This document shows, one piece after another, positions 20,465 through 29,908 of a DNA stretch of 64,000 nt. The notes under the pieces are model-generated. The model was given only the letters and a program-made list of their open reading frames with translations. It had not been told where the DNA came from and did not search any database. Origin of the DNA: an uncultured delta proteobacterium (lineage in GTDB: Bacteria; Myxococcota_A; Polyangia; Haliangiales; Haliangiaceae). Position 1 is the stretch's first letter; each line of letters begins with the position of its first letter. The stretch covers positions 4,736,001 to 4,800,000 of the forward strand of contig CAWKDB010000010.1 in NCBI GenBank assembly GCA_963848295.1, in the 5' to 3' direction. The position numbers and the translations under genes are program-made.

Positions 20465-21523
20465 ATGCGGTCGATTCATAGCTTGTTCCTCGTCCACGGT
20501 TTGCTGTTCGCCGGTGCGTGCACGACCGCCGATCCGTCGACGAGCTCCGCCTCGCAGAGCGTGACCACGAAGAACAAGCTATCGGCGAACAAGCTGTCGG
20601 CGAACAAGCTGTCGGCGAACAAGCTGTCGGCGAACAAGCTGTCGGCGAACAAGCTGTCGGCGAACAAGCTGGAGCTGAATCCGGCAGGGTCTGCCGATCT
20701 GATCGCCACCGCGGACGGACGCGATGTGTTGAGTTACATCGTCAGCTGTGCGATCGATGCTGACCAGACGCTCGTGGCGAACACCGACCAGGCATGCACC
20801 GCGGATTCCGATTGTTTGCCCGATCCGACAGTTCCGTTCAGCGGCTCGTGCGCGTCGAACAAATGCGTTTTCGAGTTCCCCGGTGGCATCGGCCTCGCGC
20901 CGCATTGGCTAGACCAAGGACTCGACGAGGACGGCAAGGGGTGGATCAGCGCGTGCTTGTTCTCGCGGGTCAACGCCCACGACACCTCAGAGGAGATCTC
21001 GCTTCGCGGCCCGAGTAACGCCCTTTCGGTCTCCGCTGACGAGGCTGCGCTCTACGACGTCGAAGAAGGCGCGTTCTACGGCAACTTCTTCACGCCGGAG
21101 GATCAGCCGATCGATTGGATCGCGTGCGAAGGCGAAGGCCAAGCCTCCGGTGAGTTCGGCGGCCTCGTCGATCGCGACTGCACCGAGCCCGATCCGGCGA
21201 ACCCCGGGTTCACGCAATGCGGCTTCATCTACGCCGGCTATTGCGGTGACTACACGCCGGCGGTTCCCAACCCGCAGGCATGCGACGAGTTCAGCTCGAA
21301 CGGCTACTACGTCGACTGCCACGCGACCGCATCGCTGGTCGTCGATCACGGACACGGTCACGAGCACGGCGATCGCGGCCACTTTGGCGGTTACGATGAC
21401 CACCGCGGCAACTACGGCCGCTATGACGACCATGGTCATGGCGATGACCACGGCCACGACGGTTGTCACCACCAGGGTGACGTCACGTATCAACAAGTCA
21501 TCACCACGTTCGTCACCGACTAA
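20465..21523 (+). CDS. Cys-rich lipoprotein with NKLSA pentapeptide repeats and His-rich insert
   Basis: RBS GGGAGG; lipobox-like FAGAC; (NKLSA)x6; GLAPHW, SACLFSRVN, EGAFYGNFF core. Confidence 0.85.
   Translation: MRSIHSLFLVHGLLFAGACTTADPSTSSASQSVTTKNKLSANKLSANKLSANKLSANKLSANKLSANKLELNPAGSADLIATADGRDVLSYIVSCAIDADQTLVANTDQACTADSDCLPDPTVPFSGSCASNKCVFEFPGGIGLAPHWLDQGLDEDGKGWISACLFSRVNAHDTSEEISLRGPSNALSVSADEAALYDVEEGAFYGNFFTPEDQPIDWIACEGEGQASGEFGGLVDRDCTEPDPANPGFTQCGFIYAGYCGDYTPAVPNPQACDEFSSNGYYVDCHATASLVVDHGHGHEHGDRGHFGGYDDHRGNYGRYDDHGHGDDHGHDGCHHQGDVTYQQVITTFVTD
20573..20671 (+). repeat. 15-bp coding tandem repeat AACAAGCTGTCGGCG (6.6 copies)
   Basis: Five identical units, one unit with a single synonymous change, and a partial unit. 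Confidence 0.97.
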
Positions 21524-21541
21524 GTTTGCTATCGTTCGCGC

Positions 21542-22159
21542 GTGGGTATCACGCGGCGGATCCTCGAAGGTGCGCAGTCGGGGTTGTCGCGCCTGACGTC
21601 GCTCGTGATCGTCGATGACGAGCCGCTGAGCCACGTCGAGAGTGCCGCGCTCCAGGCCGAGCTCACCGCCCGCAAGGCGGCGCGTGCGCGCACGCCGAAG
21701 TCGCCGCTCGATAACCCGCTCGCGAAGCAAGCGCTCGGCAATCCCGCGGCCCGGGCGGCCCGCGAGAAGGCGGCTCGTGACCGCGGGGCGCGGGTCCATC
21801 GCGATCGCGACGAGCGCCAAGCCCGCCAGCGCGCCGCCGCCGACGACGCTTTCCGTCGGATGAAGGACCAAGCGGGCCGGCCCGGCTCGACGACCAGCAG
21901 CTCGTCGGGCTCGACCGGCAGCGCGCGGTCGCCGCGGCCGGGTAGCGCCGATGCCAAGCTCGCCGAGTGGTACCGCGTCCTCGACCTGGCGCCCGGCGCC
22001 GAGCTGCCGCAGATCAAGTCGGCGTATCGCCAGCTGATGCGCAAATATCACCCCGACATGCACGCGGGCAATCCGCAACGTCAGAAGGCCGCGACCGAGC
22101 TGTCGATGCGCGTAACAGCGGCGTACAACGGGCTTCTCGCGCACCTCGAGACGAAGTAG
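21542..22159 (+). CDS. C-terminal J-domain (DnaJ family) protein
   Basis: WYRVLDL..IKSAYRQLMRKYHPD..AAYNGL. Confidence 0.85.
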   Translation: MGITRRILEGAQSGLSRLTSLVIVDDEPLSHVESAALQAELTARKAARARTPKSPLDNPLAKQALGNPAARAAREKAARDRGARVHRDRDERQARQRAAADDAFRRMKDQAGRPGSTTSSSSGSTGSARSPRPGSADAKLAEWYRVLDLAPGAELPQIKSAYRQLMRKYHPDMHAGNPQRQKAATELSMRVTAAYNGLLAHLETK

Positions 22160-22160
22160 G

Positions 22161-22844
22161 ATGCGCGCGATGCTACGCATTTCTCTACTCGTATTACTTT
22201 CCATTTCGGTCGTCGGTTGCTCGAAGAAGGGCGGTGGCTCTGCCGCCGCGGGATCGGGCTCCGGCTCGGGCTCGGCGGCGATGGCCGGCTCTGGCTCTGC
22301 GGCGGCAATGGCCGGCTCGGGTTCTGGCTCCGCCGAGATGGCGGGCTCCGGCTCGGCGATGGCCGGCTCGGGCTCGGGCTCGGCGATGGCGGGGTCGGGC
22401 TCGGCGATGGCCGGCTCGGGCTCTGGCAGCGGGTCGGCTGCGGCCGAAGGTTCCGGCGCGGGCTCGGGCAGCGCGGCGGCGAACGACTTCGACTTCCAGA
22501 AGCTCGATCACAAAGCGCGCGTCGCGTTCATGAAGACGAAGGTGATGCCGGCGATGAAGACGGCGTTCCAGGAGTTCGACGCGAAGAAGTTCGCGAAGTT
22601 CAACTGCAAGACCTGCCACGGCAAGAACGCCGAGAAGAACAAGTTCAAGATGCCGAACGGCGACATCCCGAAGCTCGACTTCGTGGCGCTCAAGGCCGGC
22701 AAGCAGGCGCCGAAGATGGCCGAGTTCATGGGCAAGACGGTCAAGCCGCAGATGGCGCAGCTGCTGAACATGCCCGAGTTCACGGAAGAGAAGCCGGATC
22801 CGAAGGCGTTCGGCTGCCTGAACTGTCACGAACAAAAGAAGTAG
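22161..22844 (+). CDS. Diheme c-type cytochrome lipoprotein with Gly/Ser/Ala/Met tether
   Basis: Lipobox VVGC; repeated AMAGSGS(GS); CKTCH and CLNCH each preceded by a Met-rich helix. Confidence 0.8.
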   Translation: MRAMLRISLLVLLSISVVGCSKKGGGSAAAGSGSGSGSAAMAGSGSAAAMAGSGSGSAEMAGSGSAMAGSGSGSAMAGSGSAMAGSGSGSGSAAAEGSGAGSGSAAANDFDFQKLDHKARVAFMKTKVMPAMKTAFQEFDAKKFAKFNCKTCHGKNAEKNKFKMPNGDIPKLDFVALKAGKQAPKMAEFMGKTVKPQMAQLLNMPEFTEEKPDPKAFGCLNCHEQKK

Positions 22845-22847
22845 CTC

Positions 22848-23708
22848 GTGGATCACACGAGCTCGGCGTCGAAGACCGCGTTGATGGTCTGCGCGTATCG
22901 CGCGCGGGTCAGCAAGTGGCCGAAGCCGTTGTTCGTCGACCCGTGGGCCGACGCGCTCGCGGGCGCCGACGGCCAGGCGATCGCGACCCGGCTCGACGCG
23001 CGGTTTCCCCCGATGGAGCTGTGGCTCGGGTTGCGCGTCGCCTATCTCGACAAGCTCGTCGGAATCGCGGTCGATCAGATGTCGATCCGCCAGATCGTCA
23101 TTCTCGGCGCCGGTTACGATACCCGCGCCGCTCGGCTGCCGCGCGCCGGGGTCCGGTTCTTCGAGGTCGATCATCCCGCGACCCAGGTGGCGAAGCGCGC
23201 GGCGCTCGCGAAGCTGCCGGGCTATCCGGTCGACGCCGCGCGCTACGTCTCGTGCGTCTTCGGCGAGGGCCGCGACGGCGACCCGATCGATCAGCTCAGA
23301 GCCAGCGGGTTCGACCCGCGCGAGCCCGCGCTCGTGATCTGGGAGGGCGTCGTGCCGTACTTGCCCGAGGCCGCGGTGCGCGCGACCGCGACTCGGCTGG
23401 CGACCTCGCTCGATCCGCGTTCGCTCGTCGCGTTCGATTTCGTCGGCAAGAAGTTCGCCGAGGGCGACAACCTGACCGACAAGGACAAGCAGACCCGCGC
23501 GTACGTCGGCGAGCTCGGCGAGCCGATCCGGTTCGGCACAGACGACATCGTGCCCCTACTCGCCGACTGCGGCTTCAAATGGGCGCGGTCGCGCGACTTC
23601 AACGAGCTCGCGCTCGAGTGGATCGGCGACTACAAGCGCGAGCGGATGTTCCGGTTCCAGCACATCGCCCTGGCCGCGCCGCGCGCGCCGGCGGCGGCAT
23701 GGCCCTGA
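22848..23708 (+). CDS. SAM-dependent methyltransferase (LCM/TIGR00027-like)
   Basis: DPWADALAG, QIVILGAGYDTRA, FEVDHP, IWEGVVPYL. Confidence 0.88.
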   Translation: MDHTSSASKTALMVCAYRARVSKWPKPLFVDPWADALAGADGQAIATRLDARFPPMELWLGLRVAYLDKLVGIAVDQMSIRQIVILGAGYDTRAARLPRAGVRFFEVDHPATQVAKRAALAKLPGYPVDAARYVSCVFGEGRDGDPIDQLRASGFDPREPALVIWEGVVPYLPEAAVRATATRLATSLDPRSLVAFDFVGKKFAEGDNLTDKDKQTRAYVGELGEPIRFGTDDIVPLLADCGFKWARSRDFNELALEWIGDYKRERMFRFQHIALAAPRAPAAAWP

Positions 23709-25829
23709 CCCGCTACAAGCCGTACGCCGTGCCGCTCGCGATCGCGCTGGTCGCATCGACGATCGCGTGGGGGTTCGTCTACGTCACGTTGCACCACACC
23801 AACGAGATGGGGCTGCCGCTCGACGACAGCTACATCTATCTGACCTACGCGAAGCAATTCGGCCGCGCGCAGCCGTTCACGTACTTTCCCGGCGGCGGCT
23901 ACTCGGCGGGCTCGACGAGCGTGCTGTGGCCGATGCTGCTCGCGCCGTTCTGGGCGCTCGGCGCGCGCGGTCACGCGCTGGTCTGGGTGTCGTTCGGGAT
24001 GTGCACCGCGCTCTACGCCGCGGTCGCGATCGGCTGCTATCGGTTCGTCCGCACCGTCTGCCTCTCGATCCGAGGCGAGCTCGGTTCGCTCGATTTCGGG
24101 GGCGACGTCGCCGCGATCATCGCCGCGCTCGGCGTGGTCGCGATCGCGCCGTTCGCGTGGTGCGCGTTGTCCGGCATGGAGGTCGCGTTTGCGACCGCGC
24201 TGATCATCGCGTCGTTCTTGTTGCTCGCCCAGACGCCGCCGGACGGCCCGCCATCGCGCCTGCTCGTGATCTGCCTCGCGGCGACCTCGCTGTCGCGGCC
24301 GGAGGCGATGCTGCTCGTGTTCGCCGTCGTCGCGGTCGCGGTCGTGCGCCGGCGCAAGACGCCGCGAGTGGCCGCGCGCTGGCTCGTGCCGCTCGCGCCG
24401 CCGCTCGTCTGGTTGCTCGCAAATCGCGTGCTCGCCGGCAACTTCATGCCGAACACCGGCGTCGCGAAGAGCCACTTCTATCTGCCGGGCTTCGACTGGA
24501 CCTACTGGGTCGAGGCGGTGACCGCGCAGACCGGGCTCGCGCTGCGCGATCTGTTCTGGGATGCGACGAGCCCATTGGTGTGGCCGCGCGCGGTCGCGAT
24601 CGCATGGCTCATCGGCGCGGTGCGCGTCGTCATGTGGTCGCGCAAGGTCGCAGCGCCCGCTCGTCGGTGCGCTCGTGGTTGCAGCGCCGTTCGTGTTGAT
24701 CCTCGCGGTCAACGCGGCGTCCGGGATGTGGAAGTTCCAGCACTATCGCTACATCGCTCCGGCGCTACCGCTCGTCATGCTCGTCGCCGCGTGCGCGTTC
24801 GCGCCGCTGCCGTGGCCTGAGCGGATGCCACATCGCGTCCTCGCAGCGCGAGCGTGGTCGGCGCTCGCGCTCGCGGTCGCCGCGCTGTTCGCGCACTCGG
24901 CGTGGCCGGCGCTGCGCGCTGACATGGATCTGTTCGCGCAGGGCGCGATGGATACGAACACGCAGGTCGTCGCGATCGGTCGCTACATCCATGCGAAGCT
25001 GCCCGATGCGCGCGTGATGTTTCACGACGCCGGCGCGATCGCCTACTACGGCGATGGGCAGGTGTACGACATGCTCGGCCTCGTCACGAACCATCAGGCC
25101 GGGATCGCAAACAACGGCCCGGGCTCGCGCTTCGAGTTTCTCGAGCACATGGCGCCGGACCAGCGGCCGACTCACTTCGCGTACTACCCGGGCTGGCTCG
25201 GCACCGACGAGCTCTACGGCGAGGTGCTGATGCACACGCCGCTGCATTCGCAGTTCGCGAAGGATCGGCTCGTCGGCGGCGGCGACATGCAGGTGATCGC
25301 GGCGCGCTGGGATCACATCGAGACCGGCGAACGGCCGATGAACGATCACACCGGCTGGGCGATCGTCGACCGCGTCGACGTCGCCGATCTCGACAGCGAG
25401 CACGCTCACTATTGGGTCGGTGCGCTCGGCCGGCGCAAGGTCGGCGACCTGCCCGGCAGGTGGTCGGTCGTCGGTCGCGAGGTCGGCGCGAATGGCCTCA
25501 TCCTCGACGGTGGCCGCACGATCCGCGGCGGCAGCGAGCGGTTCACGATCAAGCTCGACTTCAAGAAGCCGACGCGGATCATCCTGCGCACCGGCGGCGC
25601 GCGCGCGTATCCGCCGTACAACGAAGACATCGCGAAGCCGATCTCGCTCAAGCTGTTCTATCGCCAGCGCGAGCTCGGGCAGCTCACGGTGGGGCGGCCG
25701 ACCGGTGCGTTCTCGGAGCTCACGTTCAACCTGCCGAACCACACATTCGATGCCGACGAGGTCGAGGTCCGCACCGAGGCGACCGGCATCTACCGATCGT
25801 TTCACTGGTTCATCGAACAGCCCGAGTGA
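23699..25829 (+). pseudogene. GT-C superfamily polytopic glycosyltransferase, frameshifted near 24647-24650
   Basis: PLDDSYIYLTYA, GSTSVLWP, LSGME, SRPE in frame 1; RYIAPALP and DAGAIAYYG..DMLGLV in frame 2; removing one base gives about 709 aa. Confidence 0.8.
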
Positions 25830-25841
25830 CGAGCGATTGCT

Positions 25842-26930
25842 TCATCGCAGCGAGCTTCGCACGATCGCCGCACCCTCGGCGAGCGCGCGCAGCTTCTGCA
25901 CCGCGACGACGCGCGGCAGCTGTTTGAGCCCGCAGTCGGTCGTCAGCGTCACGCGCTCGGCTTCGATGTGCGCGAGCACCTTGCGAATGCGCTCGGCGAC
26001 TTGCTCTGGATGCTCGATCTCGAGCGTGCGGACATCGATCACGCCAGCGTGGATCTTCTTGTCGCTCGGCAGCTTGCGCAGCAGATCCGCGTCCTCCATC
26101 TCGCGGCACGCGAAGTCGAGCACGAACGCATCGACCTTGACGTCGTGATAATGCGGCACGACCTCGCGATAGCCGCCCGCGGTCATGCCTTCCATCTTGT
26201 TGCCCCACACGTTGCCGAGGCAGAAGTGCCACGCCTTCTCGACGCCTTTCGGGATCTCGGCCATCGTGCGATCGACGGTGCTCGCGACCCAGTCCCAATC
26301 CTTGCCCCCGCCGGTGAGGTGCGGCATCCACGCGCCGAGATCCTCGAGCTGGATGTGCTTGCAGCCCGCGGTGACGAGCTCGGCGATCTCGGCGCGGAAC
26401 ACGTCGGCGAGCGCGGCCGACAAGTCGTAGCGGTTCTTGACCGGGCCTGACTTAAAATACGCGAGCGTCGATAGCTGGACCGGACCCGCGCCGACGCACG
26501 CCTTGATCGGCTTGTGCGTGTGGCGCTGCGCCCATTGGTAGATCAACGCCATCCGCGCCGGGCCGCGCTCGATCGGGCCTTCGACCGCGACGCCGCCCGC
26601 TTCATCGAGCGCCCAGATGTCGCGGCCCTTCGCCTTGGCGCGCGCGGGGTGCGGCAGCTTCTCGTTCGAGAACCCCTTCGTGCGCTCGAGCCAGTACCAG
26701 AGGAACGAGCCGATGCCCATGTTGTAGTCGTCGAACCACATCTGGCCGTCGGTCAGGATGTCGAGGCCGGCGTCCTCTTGATCTTTGATCACGACCCGCG
26801 TCGCGTCGTGGAACGCTTCGGCGTGCGACGCGATCTTGAACGCCTCGAGCACGTCGCGTCCCGCGAGCTGTTGCGTGAACCACGCCGGACGCGGATAAGA
26901 ACCGACCATCGTCGTCGGGAGCAGGTGCAT
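25842..26930 (-). CDS. Cobalamin-independent methionine synthase II family protein (single domain)
   Basis: TTMVGSYPRP, GLDILTDG, Zn ligands HFC and DCGL. Confidence 0.88.
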   Translation of the reverse strand: MHLLPTTMVGSYPRPAWFTQQLAGRDVLEAFKIASHAEAFHDATRVVIKDQEDAGLDILTDGQMWFDDYNMGIGSFLWYWLERTKGFSNEKLPHPARAKAKGRDIWALDEAGGVAVEGPIERGPARMALIYQWAQRHTHKPIKACVGAGPVQLSTLAYFKSGPVKNRYDLSAALADVFRAEIAELVTAGCKHIQLEDLGAWMPHLTGGGKDWDWVASTVDRTMAEIPKGVEKAWHFCLGNVWGNKMEGMTAGGYREVVPHYHDVKVDAFVLDFACREMEDADLLRKLPSDKKIHAGVIDVRTLEIEHPEQVAERIRKVLAHIEAERVTLTTDCGLKQLPRVVAVQKLRALAEGAAIVRSSLR

Positions 26931-26977
26931 GACTCGGAGATACCACGCCGGTCGACCGCGCGGAGTGTTACAGCTCG

Positions 26978-27802
26978 GTGATGGACCCCGGGGCGCTCGC
27001 GTTGATGTACGGCACCGCGTGGAAAGAAGACGCGACCGAGCGGCTCGTCACCGCCGCCCTCGACGCTGGGTTTCGCGCGATCGACACCGCGAACCAGCGC
27101 AAGCACTACTACGAAGCCGGCGTCGGCCGCGCGCTCGCGACCTGGCTCGCGGCGGGCCATGCGCGCGCCGAGCTGTTCGTCCAGAGCAAGTTCACGTATC
27201 GCGACGGCCAGGACGAGCGCTTGCCGTACGATCCGGCCGCGCCGATCGCCGAGCAAGTCATGCAATCGTTCGAGAGCTCGCTCGAGCACCTCGGGCTCGA
27301 CCGGATCGACAGCCTCGTGTTGCACGGTCCATCGCAGCGCGACGGGCTCGGGCGCGCCGATCGCGATGCGTGGGCCGCGATGGAGCAGCTCGCGCTCGCC
27401 AAGCGGGTCGGCGTGATCGGGATCAGCAACGCGACCGCCGAGCAGCTCGATCAGCTCGCGACGGTCTCGCGCGTGCCGATCGCGTTCGCGCAGAATCGCT
27501 GCTACGCCGATCGCGGCTGGGATCGCGCGGCGCGCGCGGCGTGTGTGCGCCACGGCATCCGCTATCAGGGCTTCTCGTTGCTGACCGCGAATCGCCCTGC
27601 CTTGACCGGCGTGGTCGTGCGCGACATCGCCGCTCTCCATCGCGCGACGCCGGCGCAGATCATCTTCGCGTTCGCGCGCGGGCTCGGCATGCTGCCGCTC
27701 ACCGGCACCTCGGATCCGCAGCACATGGCGCAGGATCTCGCGGCGACCGCGATCGAGCTCGACCGCGACGAGCTCGCGGCGATCGAGCGCGCTGCGAGCT
27801 AG
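26978..27802 (+). CDS. Aldo/keto reductase
   Basis: GFRAIDTA, YYE, LFVQSK, SLEHLGLDRIDSLVLH, IGISN. Confidence 0.92.
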   Translation: MMDPGALALMYGTAWKEDATERLVTAALDAGFRAIDTANQRKHYYEAGVGRALATWLAAGHARAELFVQSKFTYRDGQDERLPYDPAAPIAEQVMQSFESSLEHLGLDRIDSLVLHGPSQRDGLGRADRDAWAAMEQLALAKRVGVIGISNATAEQLDQLATVSRVPIAFAQNRCYADRGWDRAARAACVRHGIRYQGFSLLTANRPALTGVVVRDIAALHRATPAQIIFAFARGLGMLPLTGTSDPQHMAQDLAATAIELDRDELAAIERAAS

Positions 27803-28145
27803 CGCGAGTAGATGACCCAGGCGCGGCTGACGTAGAAGTAGCGAAACATCATCGGCTTGGTCCGCTTGCGGCGGCCGATCTCGCGCTGCAGCAACTCTAG
27901 TACCTCGTTGTATGCGGCTACTCCGTCTTCGCTCGGCTGCATCGAGCGGAATATCGGCCGAGGGCGCGAGACGAACAGGGGGCCCACGAGGACTCGGGCT
28001 GATCGACAACGACGAAGAGCAAGAACCGGACGGGTCCGGTGGTAGGCCTGTCTCAGATCTTCAAGTGTCGCTCGCCGTGGCACGCTATCGCACGACAGGC
28101 GGGACGTGGCGATCCGCCGCGCGCGATGCTCCTGGCGTGGCGAGC

Positions 28146-28346
28146 ATGCTCAATCGCCTGGGTCGACGGATCCGAATGCTACGGCTCGAGCGTGAGCTTA
28201 CGCAGGAGCACGCGGCCGAACGCGCGAAGCTCGACGAGAAGCATTGGCAAGACATCGAGGCAGGGCGCACCAACCCGACCGTGGCGACGCTCGTGGGCAT
28301 CGCTCGGGCTCTCGACGTCGAGTTCGTCGAGCTGTTTGCGAGCTGA
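28146..28346 (+). CDS. XRE-family helix-turn-helix regulator
   Basis: LGRRIRMLR..LTQEHAAE..IEAGRTNPTVATLVGIARALDV. Confidence 0.9.
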   Translation: MLNRLGRRIRMLRLERELTQEHAAERAKLDEKHWQDIEAGRTNPTVATLVGIARALDVEFVELFAS

Positions 28347-28875
28347 GTGCTCGCCGCGAAGTACTGGCAAGACATCGAGCTAACCTTAAAAAGAATCGCG
28401 CAGCCTGTGGATCACGTCGAGTCGGCGCTGCGTTGACGTTGCTGTTCGTTTGTGAACGACCGCGCTCGAAGTGTCCGCCGCCCCCGGTCGCTCAATATCC
28501 AAACAGCCCCAAACAGCCCCTGACGCCACGATGGTTGGTTCCACGGATCGATTTGAATGATCGACGAATGGAAGACGACTCTCCGTCCCTTCTCCCCGAA
28601 AAACCCAAAATCTTGGTGGCAGAGCCTGTGGCGCGATGTGGACGGGTGCGCCGCCACCTGGGTCGCCTCGCGGTCATCGCGATCGATCGCGGCGCAGCCG
28701 TCCAAGTGAGCGAGGGCAGCCGCGGACGATCGATGGCGAGGGCCTCGATCGGCGCCGCGAGCGGCTGTCCGCGCGAGCGGCATCGTCCACAGGCCGTGCA
28801 ACATTTCCGGTCTAGACCCAGGACGAGTTGTTGATATATCAGCCGAATCAATTGACGCGATCCTCGACGGTTTCT

Positions 28876-29208
28876 ATGCTGTTGGCTGTAGTGTCATCTT
28901 CGCGCAATCGGCAACTGCAGCTCCCGCGGCCCGACAAGAACGGGCAACGTCGAGGCGGCAAGCGACCGGGCGCAGGGCGCAAGCCGAAGGGGTCGCGCGC
29001 CGGCGTCACGCACGTGCGACGTGCCGAGCTCGATCCGACCAAGCCGCTCCACATCACGCTGCGAGTGGCCGCGGCGATCGCCGCGCTATGCACCGAGAGG
29101 GGCTACCGCGCGATCCGTAAGGCGCTGCAGGTCTCGGCGTTCAACCAACTCGGGCTGCGGATCTGCCAACGCCTTAACCGCTTTGACCGGGATTTCAGGA
29201 ACCGCTAG
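28876..29208 (+). pseudogene. Truncated IS200/RAYT-type (HUH Y1) transposase
   Basis: DKNGQRRGGKRPGAGRKP..H.RR....PLHITLRV..RIC, resembling the N-terminus of myxobacterial REP-associated transposases; ORF ends before any HxH motif. Confidence 0.65.
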
Positions 29209-29281
29209 TCGGCGTCGCTCGGGCGTTGGCCACGGATGTTGCCGCGCTGGCCGCCGCCGCTTGACGTGATCCGGCGGGCGG

Positions 29282-29830
29282 TCACTGCGGGTTGATGCTG
29301 AAGGTCAACGAGGCTCCGCCGCTGCTGCACGACAGTGTGCGTCCGCGCAGATCCGCCGACGCGATCGGGTTCGCGACGCATTCGAACGCGTCGTCGTTGA
29401 CCGTGATGTCCTGGTCGTAGGCGTGGAGGTCGAGCTCGCTCCCTGCGATCAGCGACACCGCGTACGGCCCGTCGTACTGCGCCGAGAACTGGTCATTCAC
29501 GACGTCGGTCATCTCGGCGACGGTCCCGTCGACGGAGATGACGATGAACAGATCTGGCGCACCGCCGCCGACGTCCCAGTCCGACCCATCGGGCTTGGTC
29601 GTCGGCACGGTGATCTGAAGATCCGTGATCTCGTACACGCGGGGATAGGCGTCCTCGCACGTGCCCGCGATGCAGATCTCATCGCCGCTGCAGGTGTCGA
29701 CGGCCTCGACGCAGCTACCGCCACCGCCGCCACCACCACCACCGCCGCCGCCACCACCGCCGTTGCTCGTGCATGCCGCGAACGCGAGCACGCTCAGCGC
29801 CGCCATCGCAGCGCCCGTGTTTTGCCGCAT
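29282..29830 (-). CDS. Lipoprotein with poly-Gly linker, Cys knuckle and C2-like domain
   Basis: Lipobox FAAC; poly-Gly; C..C..C..C; WDVGGGAPDLF..LHAYDQD..DD. Confidence 0.75.
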   Translation of the reverse strand: MRQNTGAAMAALSVLAFAACTSNGGGGGGGGGGGGGGGSCVEAVDTCSGDEICIAGTCEDAYPRVYEITDLQITVPTTKPDGSDWDVGGGAPDLFIVISVDGTVAEMTDVVNDQFSAQYDGPYAVSLIAGSELDLHAYDQDITVNDDAFECVANPIASADLRGRTLSCSSGGASLTFSINPQ

Positions 29831-29908
29831 GTGCCGACCTCCGCCAATGATGATACCGGACCGGTCCGGTGCAGCGCAATGCGAGGCGGTTTCGGGCTCG
29901 GGCTCGGG

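Noticed and set aside
20573..20671. Possible CRISPR-like array
   Set aside because: Contiguous 15-bp units without spacers, in frame inside a CDS; no cas genes
22217..23698. 867-aa ORF starting at 22217
   Set aside because: The 5' part is a shadow frame over the cytochrome and methyltransferase; real coding starts at ATG 23699
26931..26980. SAM or cobalamin riboswitch ahead of the methionine synthase-like gene
   Set aside because: Only about 50 bp of intergenic space and no riboswitch consensus
27799..28346. Toxin-antitoxin pair (47-aa ORF plus XRE HTH)
   Set aside because: Genes are divergent, and the short ORF has no recognisable toxin motif
28412..28851. ORFs 28412..28804, 28492..28851 and 28244..28834
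   Set aside because: No motifs or codon bias and mutually overlapping; treated as non-coding or decayed
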